Assembly (NCBI RefSeq): GCF_009914755.1
Contig: NC_060944.1
Strand: one strand, 5' to 3'
DNA: 64,000 bases
Source: the human T2T-CHM13v2.0 reference genome, Homo sapiens
Each line of letters starts with the position of its first letter. The first letter of the stretch is position 1. Shown here in pieces: positions 11,515-25,379 of the stretch. Both the position numbers and the translations under genes were made by a program. The notes beneath the pieces were generated by a model that saw only the letters and a program-made list of their open reading frames with translations, searched no databases and was not told the DNA's origin.

Positions 11515-11646
11515 GCCTTGGCACAGTGGCTCATGCCTGTAATCCCAGCACTTTTGGAGGCCAAGCCGGGAGGATTGCTGGAGCCCAGGAGTTCAATACC
11601 AGCCTGGGCAAGAGTAGGACTCTCTAATTAAAAAAAAAAAAAAAAA
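11515..11646 (+). mobile_element. FLAM/AluJ left monomer inserted in a MIR (MIR ~11340-11500)
   Basis: Single Alu arm with GGATTGCTGGAGCCCAGGAGTTC and a poly(A) tail. Confidence 0.85.
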
Positions 11647-13299
11647 TGAAAAAAAATTTCTTATGAGAGTGAATGTTCTCACCCCTAATATGTGTGGGTT
11701 TCAGGATAAGAGTATAAATGGAGCCTGAATACTCTATCTAAATATCTCAAAATTATGAATTCCCCCAACAAGTTGCTGAATAAACTGTGTGTTGTCTGCC
11801 TGCCTTGACAAACATACCTTCAACATTTAAAGGTCTGGGTTTAAATGTAGAATTCTGAGGCTCCTCAGTGTCCCATGCTGGAATGTGGTGGCCTTGGGAA
11901 AATGGACCTTAGCTTTAGGCCTGGCCCTCCTCTCTTCCCAAGCTCTTCTTCACACTGCAAGGGCCTCCCAGATGATGCATGAAGATCCTGGCCCATATAT
12001 TCAGCTACATCCACATCCCTAGCAAAAGGGAGGCTAAGGCCATTCCTCAGGCCTAGGGCACTGCCCCTGGAGGGAAGACCAGTGGAAGATGCCTGGAAAG
12101 GCCCTGGAAGTAGCTTCAAGGCCATTTCGATAGAGAATTCTGGGGGCCTGAAAACCTAGAGCCAAGGGGTGGACCTGGGCTCAGGATAGGCAAGTCCCCT
12201 TGATCCAAGGTATCACTGTAGGAGGAAGGGCAGTCAGAGGAGGGCCAGAGCTGAGCCTTCTAATGCACAGGGCCCAGAGTGGAGTGAGGAACAATGCTGG
12301 GATTAGACACCCAAATCTACTGAATTAGCGAAGTCCAAGCAAAGTACTGCAAACAAGGTCTGGCATATCACAAGCAACTAATAAGTGTTACTTTTATTAT
12401 TAAGCACCTACTGGATGTCACCTTTTAGCACTGAGGATGTAACAATGAATAGAAAGTGATCACTGCTCTGGGATCTGTCCCTCTAATATTAGGCTTCTGC
12501 ACCAACAGTTTGGGCTACCTGCTGTGACAGGGATATGGAAGTTTGTTAGGTGGAGAATAAATGGAAACCCCTACCTCCCTGGAAGGTCAAGGGAAGGTCT
12601 TACAGAGGAAGCCATGGCTGAGCTGAGATGTGAAGGGTGAATATGAGTTTAGCCATCAGATGACTGGTAAAGGTGGACAGTCCAGTCAAAGACAACAACT
12701 TACTGGATACATGGAGGTCAGAAAGAGCATGGCATTTAGAATAACTAGAAAAAAAAATGTTTGTTTTGTGCAGAGGCAGGGTACTTAGGAGGATGGCAAG
12801 TAATGAGGTTGGAGAAATGGGCAAGGAAGAACAAGATCGTGAATGGTGAGAGTCATTTCCTTAGGGAGCTACGGATGTCACAGTGACCTTCCACATAATT
12901 CAGCATATCTGCTGCAGAGGTAGCCAAGAAACCAAGATTAGGACTTCAGCTGGACAATGTTGGCCTGCTGGCTCACAGGGCATGGGGAGCAAGTTCACAT
13001 AAGGCAGTAGGGAAGAGGAGGAAAACTGCACACATCCAGGGAGATTTTAGTGCCAGAATTCCGGAAGGCTTTCTTCCAGAAGGCCCTCAACCTAACTGCC
13101 ACGCCTCCTCTCCCACTTTTTTATTTAGCTACCTCTTATAGACTCATCCTTCAGAACTTAGATGAAGCATTACACTTCCTCCAGGAATCCCTTCCTAAAT
13201 TCTCATTCTAATTCAGAAGACATTCTTTTGTATTTCTGCAGTGTCTCAAAAAGTAGATTGCACGAGACTTATTAATTCATTGGTCAGTTTTCCTAGAAG

Positions 13300-13477
13300 A
13301 GTGGTTTTTAAACTTTATCATGAATTCTCCAATGACTTGGAGGGCTTGTTGAAACACAGATTTCTGAGGCCTATCCACAGACTTTCTGATTCAGAAGGAC
13401 TTAGAATTTTCATATCTAACAACTTTTCCGATGAGGCTGATACTGCTAGTTTAGGGACCACACTTTGAGGACCACTG
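13300..13477 (-). mobile_element. MER5A DNA transposon
   Basis: GGAGGGCTTGTTGAAACACAGATT...GGGACCACACTTTGAGGACCACTG. Confidence 0.8.
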
Positions 13478-13770
13478 AGGAAAGAGTTTCACAAGTCAGA
13501 GATTTACAGTGGAGGTACCAAGCTTTTCTCAAGTTAGTTTATCAGAAGCACAAACCATCACCCTCTACCAATCATTATAATGAAGACCACTTCATTTCAG
13601 TTTATGTACAAAAACTCATCTCCACAGTTATGCCAAGTGTATGAAGACAAAGAAACAATATCAGGAAAAGAGGTTTATTTGATTTTGAATCCTTAGCCCC
13701 TTACACAGTGCCTGAAACATATAAGAGGCAGTGAATAAATGCTTATTGAGTGATTACATAAAGAGATGAA

Positions 13771-14550
<780 letters not shown>

Positions 14551-14574
14551 AGGACAAGGAGCTAAGGATAAAAT

Positions 14575-14610
14575 ATAGATAGATAGACAGATAGATAGAT
14601 AGATAGATAG
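14575..14610. repeat. (GATA)n tetranucleotide STR, 9 units with one GACA variant
   Basis: Read directly. Confidence 0.95.
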
Positions 14611-14772
14611 TCTAGGGAGTATGGCAGAGATTCCAGATAATGCAAATTCAGATGCACCTGTCAAAGTGACAAAAAGAAGATTACAGGCAAAAGTAGCAGC
14701 AGCAAAACTGGAGCTGGCTGTGAGTCCCCCATCCTGAGTCCTGCAGTTCATGATCTTCATCCCAGATCCCAG

Positions 14773-16343
14773 TGTCACAGGATCTCTAGGGTGTTGCTTT
14801 TCCAGCCGGAAACCTCTGAGGCTGGTAGCGCCTTTGCCCGAATTTTGCTTGGGCCTGCTGGGCTTATTCTGCCTACTCGGCCCATCAGGGTGCACTTGGC
14901 TCGCGCTACCAGCCCAGATCCCACACCTGCCAAGGGTGAGCTAGGCACGGAGCAGTGAAGGGTATGTGAGGGAGCTCAGGGTCTGGCCACTGTGCACAGC
15001 CAGGCTGTGGTGGGGCGGGCAGCACCAGGTGCCTGCACAGGCGCCAGCTCTATGCAAGGCTCCAGCTGAACCAGGCATACTGCAAATGGCTTCCGCTGTG
15101 GACGTCAGGGAACGTGGTGGCACCCCGAAGCTTGGAGACGTCAGGAACCTCAGAGACCCAAAGAGGGTGTTACAGCCCTAACTCGAGGAGGCCCTAGGTC
15201 TGAGCTCCCCAAAGGGCTGCAGCTCTTCTCTCCTTCCCGTCGCTGGCAATGTGGCAAGCGAGGGGTTGTGTTTCAGCCCTGTTTGTGTTACAACTCTTTC
15301 AGTCCTGCCATCTGGTGGGTCTGAGTTCTTGTCTGGCATCCAGGAAGAATGAGGTATGTGGACAACTGGAAGGTGAGCAAAATGGAGAGGCTCTTCCTTG
15401 AGTGACAGAACAGCTCTCAGGAAACCCATAGTGGGTAGCACCTTTCCTCAGGCAGGTCGTCCTGATAAGCGGCTAGCGTTCAGCAGAGAGGGGACCCATA
15501 CTGGGTAGCTCCTTTCCACAGGCAGGCCATCCCGACTAAGTGGAGGAGACCTGAAATGGATAGTTGATTCCCGCAGCTGTTAGTACCGTCTGTGTTAATC
15601 TGGCAGAGTTAGCGGTGTTTTTATGGGCTCAGAAGGGAGGAAGTGCATGCTGATTGGTCCATGGGTAGCCATAGGCGGGCCTGGAGGGAGCACCATAAAT
15701 TCTCTCTGGGCCATGGACTCCACCCAGAAATGGCAGCCTGGCTCCCAGGCTTCAGGCTGTCCCTGGCTTGAAGGTGGGGTTTCACCAGGGACTCGCGCCT
15801 TTCTCCCCAGGACCCTTTCTGCCTCCCGCCATCAGCATGCCATCCAGGGCACCCAGGCTGTTCGTGCCCAGGCCCGCACCGAGCTGACCGCCCCCGCTGG
15901 CCTCCCTCCCACACTCGTGAGTACCCAAAGTCCGGAGGGGTTGAGGCGTCAGGGGGCTGTCATGTCAGCGCTGCCTCAAGGGTGCACACACGCGGCCAGG
16001 TGGCAGGAGTGCCTGGGCTTAGCCACAACTTTGCTCTGAAATCAGAGTGGGCACTGGGAGTGAGGAGAGGCCGGAGGGCGGGAGCAGGCACTTCTAGCCT
16101 GCAGCGACAGGTGGGCTTCCCAGGCCCCCAGGAGTACAGGGATTCCTGGGTCCGGAGCTGTGGCTGGGCGACTGCAGCTCCACCTGGGAACTCAGGGCTC
16201 CCGCCCCGCCAACTTGGTAGGGAGTGGGCCTCTGGCCTGCTCCTGGCCCCCGTCGGCTCCGCACGCTGCCCTGGCGCGCCTACCCCTCTGCACCTGGCGT
16301 CGTCTTTGCAGCGGACGCTCCAGATGGGCCACTGCTGCCATTA
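14773..16343 (-). mobile_element. MER52-family ERV1 solo LTR (1571 bp, GC-rich)
   Basis: The minus strand starts TAATGGCAGCAGTGGCCCATCTGGAGCG and ends GATCCTGTGACA. Perfect 4-bp TSD CCAG (14769-14772 and 16344-16347). Confidence 0.88.
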
Positions 16344-16562
16344 CCAGGTGGCTGCAGCTGGAGGTAATTCTGCAGGCCGATTGCCCAACAGAGTAGGATG
16401 GGGGATTCACGGAGCTGAGAGCCAAGACATCACTTTGAGACTCAAATCCACACTTCACCCTGAACTATCCAGGACACTCAGAGCTGCCGACATTTGCTCA
16501 ATAATTGGTCAATTTTTGACCGTCACTCTAACCGGAAATGCACATTTAAAAACTGTACCTTC

Positions 16563-17176
16563 AGCAGCTGCTGTGGAAAGCAGTTTGACAGATCCTCAAA
16601 AAGTTAAACAAAGAATTGCTACATGATCTACCAATTTCACTTTTTGGCATATACCTAAAAGAATTTAAAACAGGGACCCAAATAGATACTTGTACACCAA
16701 TGTTCATAGCAGCATTATTCACTATAGCCAAAAGGTGGAAACACCCCAAATGGCCATCAACAGATGAATGGATAAGCGAAATGTAGTATATCCATAAGAC
16801 AGAACATCATTCAGTTTAAAAAGGAATGGAATTCTGTTATATGCCATGGATGAACCTTGAAAACATTATGCTAAGTGCAATAACCCAGACACAAAAGGGC
16901 AAATGTTGTATGATTCCACTTATACGAGGTAACCAGAATAGGCAAATTCATAGAGACAAAAAGTAGATTACGGGTTTCCAGGAGCTGGGACAGGGGAGGA
17001 TGGGGCGTTATTGTTTAATAGGTACAGAGTTTCAGTACGGGGGATGAAAATGTTCTGGAAATGGATAGTGGTGATGGTTGCACAAAACCGTGGATGTAAT
17101 TAACACCACTGAATGGTATGCTTAAAAATGGCTACAGTGATAAATTACATTATGTATATTTTACCACAATTAAAAA
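16563..17176 (+). mobile_element. L1MB-type 3' end
   Basis: AATGTTCATAGCAGCATTATTCAC...CAGATGAATGGATAA...TATATTTTACCACAATTAAAAA. Confidence 0.88.
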
Positions 17177-19033
17177 TGCATGTCTTCATACTAAAACAGG
17201 TATCTTAAAATGTTTACCTCTGCTGCCAACGATGGGGAATGAAAAATCAGTCTCTTGCTATCCTTTCCCGTGGTGAGCTTTCAGCTGCCACACTTTCTCA
17301 TTCTCTTCCCTCAAGCTGGGCCAGATCACATGGGCAGGCAGAGGAAGGAAGACTTGATAAAAGGTGTAATTTTGTCCTGCTGCTGCTTGTCGCAGTATAT
17401 GCTTTGTCCATTTTATCTGCTTATGACCCAGTTATTTGCTTTTTCTCTTTATACACTTGAGGTAACCTTGGAAATGGGCTCTAAAATCTGAACTGAAATG
17501 AAATGGTCTTCATGTACCCCCAGTGGTGTGATGGTTTGTGCTTCTAATAAAATAATTTAAGCTAAGCTAAGCGTGCATCCACTATAACTCTCTAACTTGT
17601 GAAATCTGTAGCTTCAGAATCATCATTCATCATTTTTGTCTTCCAAGACACTAATGGAAATTAAAATAAACAAACCTGTCCATGTTAGAAAGAGAAAAGA
17701 TCCTCTACAGTGACAAGTTTCACACAAATTGCAATATGCATAAAATATCCACCAGGTTTTAAAACAGGTCATCCATTAAGGGTTCAACAGACACAAGGGA
17801 GTATTGCAGTTAAAAGGTGGGTAGGGTGTTGTTTAACCAACGTTTTATTAATGAATGAGAGTTCAGACGGCAAATGATAGTCTAACAACATCAGTGTATA
17901 TTTGTGAAGATTAAATAAGACTCATGTTTCCCCCGTTTGGAGGTTTGCAAACGAAATCTGGCACAAAATATACAGGAAGATAAACTCGAGAGGAACGTAG
18001 CCTGTCACAGTGATTGATGGGGCTGCTTTTCACCCAACAGTGTTTGAAAATGTAGATATCCTTAAATAAATGACGCCAAGTGAGCCATGCCAGCCTAGGG
18101 AATTAAGAAGACATTATTGCATTTTGCAGAAACAACATAAAGCACTGCTACCAAATTTGATGGTTGGAATTCTATATACTTTCCATGACACCTCACGATG
18201 TATATGCTGCACAAGAGTGTATGGTATCATTTTTAGTAATGAGGTTACCAAGGTGTTCCAAGGTGAGGCAAATAACTTTCTCTGCTGTGTTCCTGGAGGT
18301 GAATTTTAAGACTGCAAAATCAGCAGTATCATTTTCTGGAACACTTTAGGAATTCACCTCCACAACTTTCCTTTCCCCCAGCCCCCTCAGTTTAGGGTAC
18401 TTTGAAGAGGGACTCAACATATAGTTGCCAAAATTGGGGGTGAGGTGAGGGGATTTATAATAGAAAGTACAAAGTTTAGAAGTGATTTATTAGCAAGAGA
18501 GAAAAGTATTCTCAAATGGATGTAAATTGTGAAGCATTTTTTTGGTCAAAATCAGCAAGTTATAGCATTCAATTTGTTTGCCCATGATATATTTTGAGTT
18601 AAAAAAATAAATACTCATAGGCACATAATTAATGAAAAGAGCATAGTATTCTGCATGGTATTTTATCACCTGTTTCTTTCACTTAACAGGAATTAGTAAT
18701 ATACTTTGATGCTAACAAAACATTTTTATAATATATTTAGTAGTTGAAAACAATGCTCTGTCGTCAATCTACTTTAATTCATTGTTGGACATTTAACCTG
18801 GCCCTCCCATTTATACAAATAGCACTACTGAGACCATCATTAGAGCCAGATCTTGTTTTATATCTTTAATTGTTTAATTAGAGCAAATGTCTAGAAGTAG
18901 AATTGCTGGATTCATGTGTCAGTAAAAATTTTAGGTCTTTTGATATGCATTCATGCTTATATCAGCAGGATTCAAGAAGCCCATTTTCTCACTCTTTTAC
19001 CACCACTGAATATTATTTAAAAAGTGGTACCAA

Positions 19034-19360
19034 GGCAGGGTGTCTTGGCTCAAACTTGTAATCCAAGCACTTTGGGAGGCTGAGGCTGGAGGATTGCTTA
19101 AGCCCAGGAGTTCCAGACCAGCCTGGGCAACATAGTGAGTCCCCATGTCTACAAAAAGTAATAAATGAATAAATAAATAACCGGATGTGGTGGCATGCAC
19201 CAGTAGTCCTAGCTACTCAGGAGGTTGAGGTGGGAAGATCACTTTTGCCTGGGAGGTCAAGGTTGCAGTGAGCCTTGATCACAACACTGCACTGAAGCCT
19301 GGGCAACAGAGTGAGACCTTGTCTCCAAAAAAATAAGTAAAATAAAATAAAATAATAAAA
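19034..19360 (+). mobile_element. AluJ with (TAAAA)n tail
   Basis: Dimeric Alu with J diagnostics GGATTGCTTAAGCCCAGGAG and GGAGGTCAAGGTTGCAG. Confidence 0.9.
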
Positions 19361-20273
19361 TGTAGGTAAAAAATTGTAGTCAAATTTGGGTATGCAAGAA
19401 ATATTTTTACTTCTTTATTTTCTTTAAGTGAAATTTGATCTTATCTCAAGCCAGCAACTCACCCTTTCCCCACCCATCTGCACTGTCAGGAAAAACAATC
19501 AGTGCCATTCTTTATGGAACCTCCTGTCCCTTGCTATGGTCACTGAGGCTCCTACTTGATACCTAGAAAATGGGCAAAGATTTATTACATCATGGAGGCT
19601 GCTGTGTCAGACCTCACAGCCCCAGGAAGATGTGGGCAGTTCATTCCAACGGACAACAGGATCTTTAACTAGACAGAGGGACCCTGTTCTTTGTTTTTCT
19701 CTCCCCAACTTGGGGCCTACCAGGAAATCCTAGGGACCTTCATCCTCTTCTCCTTTCCTAGCCATGGGTATTTTCCTCTCTGGCACTGCCAGCCCTGCTC
19801 CCCCTTTTTTTTTCCTAGTGTCATTTCTTTTAGGAGATCTGGTGTCAGTGAAAACAAAAGCCAGGCATGCCAGCTGTCTGTAGGCAACATCCAAGTCCAA
19901 GGGAAGGGGAATGGGGGGAGGATGGTCTGCCTACTTGAAACAGAGGAGCCAGAAATGAAGGGAAATAAAGCACAAATAAATACTTCAATTAAGTATTTTG
20001 ACCTATGTGTATGAATTTGTCTGTGTATTTATAGTCAATTTATCAGTCTCTCTAGTTAGTTCTAATAGATTTCTTTTTCATTAGAACTTGCTTCTCAAAA
20101 ATTATCACATTAATACTCTTTTTTCGTGTTTAAATGCAATCCATCTTCCTGGATTGGTGCTATCTCTGGAAAGAACACTTGTAGAACTTGGATGATAATG
20201 CTTTTATATGACCAGTCGATAATCCATAATTGCAGTACATTACGATGACCATCTATGTCCCTTTTGTCTTCAC

Positions 20274-20463
20274 TGGTGGTTCTCAAAGTGTAGTTCCCAG
20301 ATCAGTATAATCAGCATCACCTGGGAACTTGTTAGACAAATTATTGGTCACAACTCCAGACCTACTGACTCAGAAACTCTGGTATCCCCCTTCCCCCCAC
20401 CAATCAGTAGTTTAACAAGCCCTTCAGCTGATTTCAGTACATACTAAAGTTTGAGGACTGCTG
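20274..20463 (+). mobile_element. MER5A DNA transposon
   Basis: GTGGTTCTCAAAGTGT...CAGCATCACCTGGGAACTTGTTAGA...AAAGTTTGAGGACTGCTG. Confidence 0.85.
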
Positions 20464-21011
20464 CTCTACATCATCATCAATCATAATCACGCACTCATCT
20501 TGCTCATGGGTACTTTAGGGTTTCCAAACCCTTTAGATGATTCCAAATCACCACCGTGATTTTTAGGGGTAAGGTTAATGCAACAATACACTAAAGTCAG
20601 TGTTTAACTGCACAAAAACTCACCATCATCTTTCTATACCCAAAGTTGTGTCTTTAGAAAACCATTTCTTTAATTGGCAGGCAACTCCAGAATTGATCAT
20701 GTAGGAAAGCAAAATTCATTAGCACGAACTGTACAAAAGTTTGCACATCAAAAACCCAAAGCGTCTCTTCTTTTTATAAAGATTTAGTTACAAAGATAAT
20801 TATAAAGATAATTATGAAATAATTATGATTTATATGTTATATAAATAATGTAATCAATATTTATAATAGATAATTATAAAATAATCTTTATGTGTTCTTT
20901 TAGAACTATAAAAATTATGTTTTTAATAAGTTTTTTATTAAAAATTGGTCTTTTTATGAGACTAATTACAAAGATTAAAGTCTCCTGCTTAGCTTATCTG
21001 TGGTTTGAGTA

Positions 21012-21052
21012 GCTCCAGTAGCTCGATGGGTTAGTGTGCAGTGGTACTTATG
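21012..21052 (+). pseudogene. Possible degenerate 5' half of tRNA-Ile(TAT)
   Basis: GCTCCAGTAGCTCGATGGGTTAGTGTGCAGTGGTACTTATG vs recalled GCTCCAGTGGCGCAATCGGTTAGCGCGCGGTACTTATA. No 3' half is visible. Confidence 0.45.
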
Positions 21053-21749
21053 CGGTGGCACTTTCATGACATGTGGTTTGCCCTCTGAAGCTTTGTGATC
21101 TTTCACTGCATTCCAATACTAGAAATAACATCTTTACATTTTTACTCTAAGTCAGTTGCCGCCTTGGGAAATCAACTTGTTTTTAGGTGCTTGGTTCCCT
21201 AAGAGGGATATGAGGAGAGTGGATAATTTTAGTAGTTATTAATGAGAAATCCTCAAAAGCCATACTTTTTTAAATTCTTGTTTTTGAAACATTTCTGGCA
21301 CGATAATACAGGTTGAGAATTAAAAACAAGTTTTCTCATTTGGCATGTTTAAGTGAAGTCACTTGCCCAGAGCAGGTACTGCTGTTTATGGCCTCGCCTG
21401 AATGTTTGTGGTACAACTCTTTAGGATGATGCTTCTGCCAGGACTGTCACATGTACATGATTTCAAATGTGCTGGCATTTTAGTCAGTGTATTGGAGATA
21501 GAGTCTTAAAGCGGCTGGAAGAGAACAATCTTCCTTACTTTGATTACTTTCTCTCTCTTTAACACTACCTCATGCCTTTACTTTTAACTATTTTAACTTT
21601 AACTCTTTTTTTTTTTGAACCAGACTTGATGACAATCCAGGTTGCAAATTTTAGTTTTACCATGTATTAGCTGTATGAACATGTTAGTTTCCTCATCTAT
21701 AAAATGGAAATTTTAATCTATACCTCACAAAACAATCAAGAGTAAATGA

Positions 21750-22012
21750 ATTACAATTAGACAGGAGGACTAAGGGCTACTGTTCTATAGCACAGTATGA
21801 GAGTATAGTAAATAATAATTTATTGTATATTTCAAAATAGCCAGAAGAGAGAATTTTGGATGTTCTCACTACAAAAAAAAATGAGAAATGCTTGAGGCAA
21901 TGGATGTGCCAGTTACCCTGATTTGATTATTATACACTGTATACATGTATCAGAATATCATATGTATTACATAAATATGTACAATTATGTGTCAATTAGA
22001 AATTGTAAAAAG
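21750..22012 (+). mobile_element. L1MA-type 3' end inserted in a MIR (MIR ~21620-21750 and ~22013-22080)
   Basis: TGTTCTATAGCAC...TTGTATATTTCAAAATAGCCAGAAGAGA...TACCCTGATTTGAT...ATAAATATGTACAATTAT. Confidence 0.8.
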
Positions 22013-22897
22013 GGTAATAAATGAGATAATGTATTTAATGTGCTTAGAATATATGCCACCTAGCTAATAACATTATTAGCACATAAGAAATAATCATATA
22101 GTTCTTTTACATCGTTTCTTAATTCTTTGGTATGATCGAAAATAGAAATTATAAGATTTCAAACTGCATTTATATCTCTGGATAATTTTTACTTCAAAAC
22201 TAGGTTATGTACATGATTAACTTTTATTTCCAACCATTTCAAGAAAAGAATATGGAGTAAAATCTTATTTATAAAGGAGGAAATGAGGTCTTCTGGTTGT
22301 AAATGACGTTTTATTTACAACCTGGGGACAGCTTCCAATTTATTCAGCAAGGAATTCTTTCCAAAAGTTTTTTGATGTGAGCAGTGTATTTATCTTGTGC
22401 TCTGTTTCTGGCCCCTGTTATTGGTTGTGGCCAAGAAATTATAAAATATAGGATGAATCTATCAGGAACTTTGTGAGTGTGAATGGCCAGAGGCCACCTG
22501 TCCATGTGTGTGACTCTGCTATGGCTGATTCAACAATGCAGCAAACCCCAGCAGTTTCAGTAGTTCCACACCTTCCGCTTGTTATTAAGGGGTGACGTTC
22601 AATGTGCTCATGAGGACGAGGTCAGGCCTGGCCCAACCTGGAGGCCAGGTGATGGTCCCTAGTTGGATGATCTGAAGACATCTTTTGATGCAGTTTGGGT
22701 TGAGGAAGGCAAGAGATGTATTGATGCTATCATAGGAGTGAATCAGGTGAGGTAAAGGCAAGGAAACATGATATGAAGTAGAACTGGATTCATTATAATA
22801 TATGTGTGATTTAGTCACACAAATATACCGGCAAAGAATGTCAAGTGTTAATCAAATAGGTCAACTAATAATTGAGGGCCAGGCAAAGGCAAGCCAC

Positions 22898-23502
22898 TGT
22901 CAGGGCAAAGAAGTGATACTTTTATCTCACCCCTTATAGAGTCCATGGCTGACACCCCTGTAACAAAGGACCTAATAGGAGAAAAGCATAACAAATTTAT
23001 TTAATAAAGTTTTATGTGACCTGAGAGCTTTCAGACACAAAGAACCAAAGACCCAGGGAAAACTGTGTTTTTTTAATGCTTAGGACTGATGAAGAAAGGA
23101 CAGTCACACAGAAATGTGATTGGACAAAAAGGGTATAATTTGATGTTAATGAAGTATAGGAGAGAACCTAGCAAAGCTTGTTTGTTCACATTCTTCTTGG
23201 CCTCTCTGTGTAGCATTCCTTTGCCCTGGTTATGGGGCAAGACACCTGGCACAAGAAGCTTATGACCTGATCTTAGGGGAGGTAGGTCAGAGAGTAACCT
23301 TTTCTAGGTTTTATGGCTTTCTTTGGGGAAGAGGAGTTGTAGTTTCTATGACACACCTTGGTGGAGAAAGGGAATGGGAGAAAGGAGGGCAAAGGAAGGT
23401 TGGAGAGACCTTGCTTTTGAAGCCCTTCCAGTCTCCTTTACTTCAAAGTATTCTGCATGGCCAGGTGCCATACTTCATGGTATTGTTTAATGAGCCCTGA
23501 CA
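22898..23502 (-). mobile_element. MER39/MER34-group ERV1 solo LTR
   Basis: TGTCAGGGC...GCCCTGACA termini, near-perfect 4-bp TSD CCAC/TCAC. The minus strand has AATACCATGAAGTATGGCAC...TACTTTGAAGTAAAGGAG. Confidence 0.7.
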
Positions 23503-23646
23503 TCACTTAACAAACCACAGTGGCAGATTTCAAGGGATGTTGTCAGGGAGAGTGGGAGAGGAGAGTGTGATAGACAACTAAACAGAAAGCGACTCTACAG
23601 CTTGCTAAGGGAAGAAGAGAGGGAAGCATTAAATGAGAAATCAACT

Positions 23647-23703
23647 GGAGACAGCAGGTACTTACGGAGACAGCAGATACTTTTAGAGACAGCAGATATT
23701 TAT
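23647..23703. repeat. 3 x 19-bp tandem repeat (core GAGACAGCAG)
   Basis: GGAGACAGCAGGTACTTAC / GGAGACAGCAGATACTTTT / AGAGACAGCAGATATTTAT. Confidence 0.9.
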
Positions 23704-24043
23704 AGCTGGCGTCCTACACCAGGGTTTACTTTCATCATCCCTTTTGTTTTCAAAACTAAGGGTCATTTTTTTCAACACAATGTCATTATCAGAACCTAGT
23801 TGTTGTAAAGTTTTGGATGCTCCCAAAGTTTCTGGAGAGGTAGGTGTCTGAGTCCTTGCTTCCTTCCACACCTTCCACTTGTTATTAAGGGGTCGACGTT
23901 CAATTACTTAGTGGCATTTATTACCCCAAGATTTCTATAAGTGTCCTCTTGGATGTGAAGCATTGTTCATATATGAGGGGAAAAGCAGGTCTTTTTGCTG
24001 GGAACCATATAGAGGTGATCTCATAGCTTTGAAGTACCTTGAT

Positions 24044-24347
<304 letters not shown>

Positions 24348-25379
24348 TTACTCTCTCTCCATTCCCCACCCTGTTTCCTAATGTTCTTTAGCCAAGGGCT
24401 TTGTAGAAGGACTATGTTTCTACCAGTGGTATGTCACTGAAGTGGGCTATTGAGGTGACCAATTAGGACAAAGGTGAGGAGTGTCTTCAGGGGGGTCTTT
24501 ATCTCATGTTTCATTCCCTTGTATGGATTGCTGCTTCCTCTACCTTTTTGGATTGCCAATTCCCCATGTCTACTTTTCTTCTATGGGTTTAACATAGTGT
24601 TTTCTCTGACCCTATCGGAACATTGTTCAGCAGATGGCTTTATATAAAGTTATTTTGTTTGCTATTAAGCATCTTAGCTATGCTCAATGTTTTGGGGCTG
24701 AATTGTTCATTGTGGCAATTTGTAATATTTGTAATATATTTAAGTAACTCTAGAGTCTTGGCTTTTAACATTCTCATTCAATTATGAGGGTCAGGTCTTG
24801 ATCTGAACTATGTGTTTATGGCCTTTTCTCAACTCCTTGTATAGAGATAGTTTTCCAGAAGTATTAATGATTGATTGAAGCAGATAAAATCTTTTATGTT
24901 TTCATTCTTTTGGAACTCACTTTTTGGTGGAAATACTTGCAATTCAACTAATTTACTGGTATGACTTGTTATATGGATTCTTGACATGATGATTGGTTTT
25001 TATAAATTTGAGCTGTATTTACTCACTTCCATGAATTGTGCAGTTATGAAAATTTGAATCTGCTAGTTTCTGATCTCCATTTGTGGAAGAAAAAGCCAAT
25101 AAATGGGAAAGTTATTTTAATTCTATAATGCTACATCTAGAAAGGGCGTGACAAATTTTTGTTTGTAATACAGTTCCCAGTCATTGGAAGGGGACATCTC
25201 TTGGTCTGAGTAATATTCTTCATAATATTAACACCTGCTCAATATTGAGCAAAACTTCAATTGCCCACTTCTGGCCATATATCCAACTTTAGAAAGTCAT
25301 GTACTTCTAGATTTTATAGAAGAATACTACTTCTAGATTTTGATTTTTTTAAATTAATTTCTCTCTCTCTCTCTCTTAC

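Noticed and set aside
14750-16626. GC-rich ORFs up to 214 aa
   Set aside because: They lie in or run out of the MER52 LTR. High GC explains the lack of stops and there are no recognisable domains.
22295-22322. 10-bp stem GGTTGTAAAT/ATTTACAACC
   Set aside because: Near chance expectation for a 64-kb AT-rich window.
23683-23871. SDND peptide resembling an integrase SDNG motif
   Set aside because: Flanking residues do not fit and no other pol motifs were traceable.
25236-25251. Palindrome TGCTCAATATTGAGCA
   Set aside because: 8-bp arms are expected about once per window by chance.
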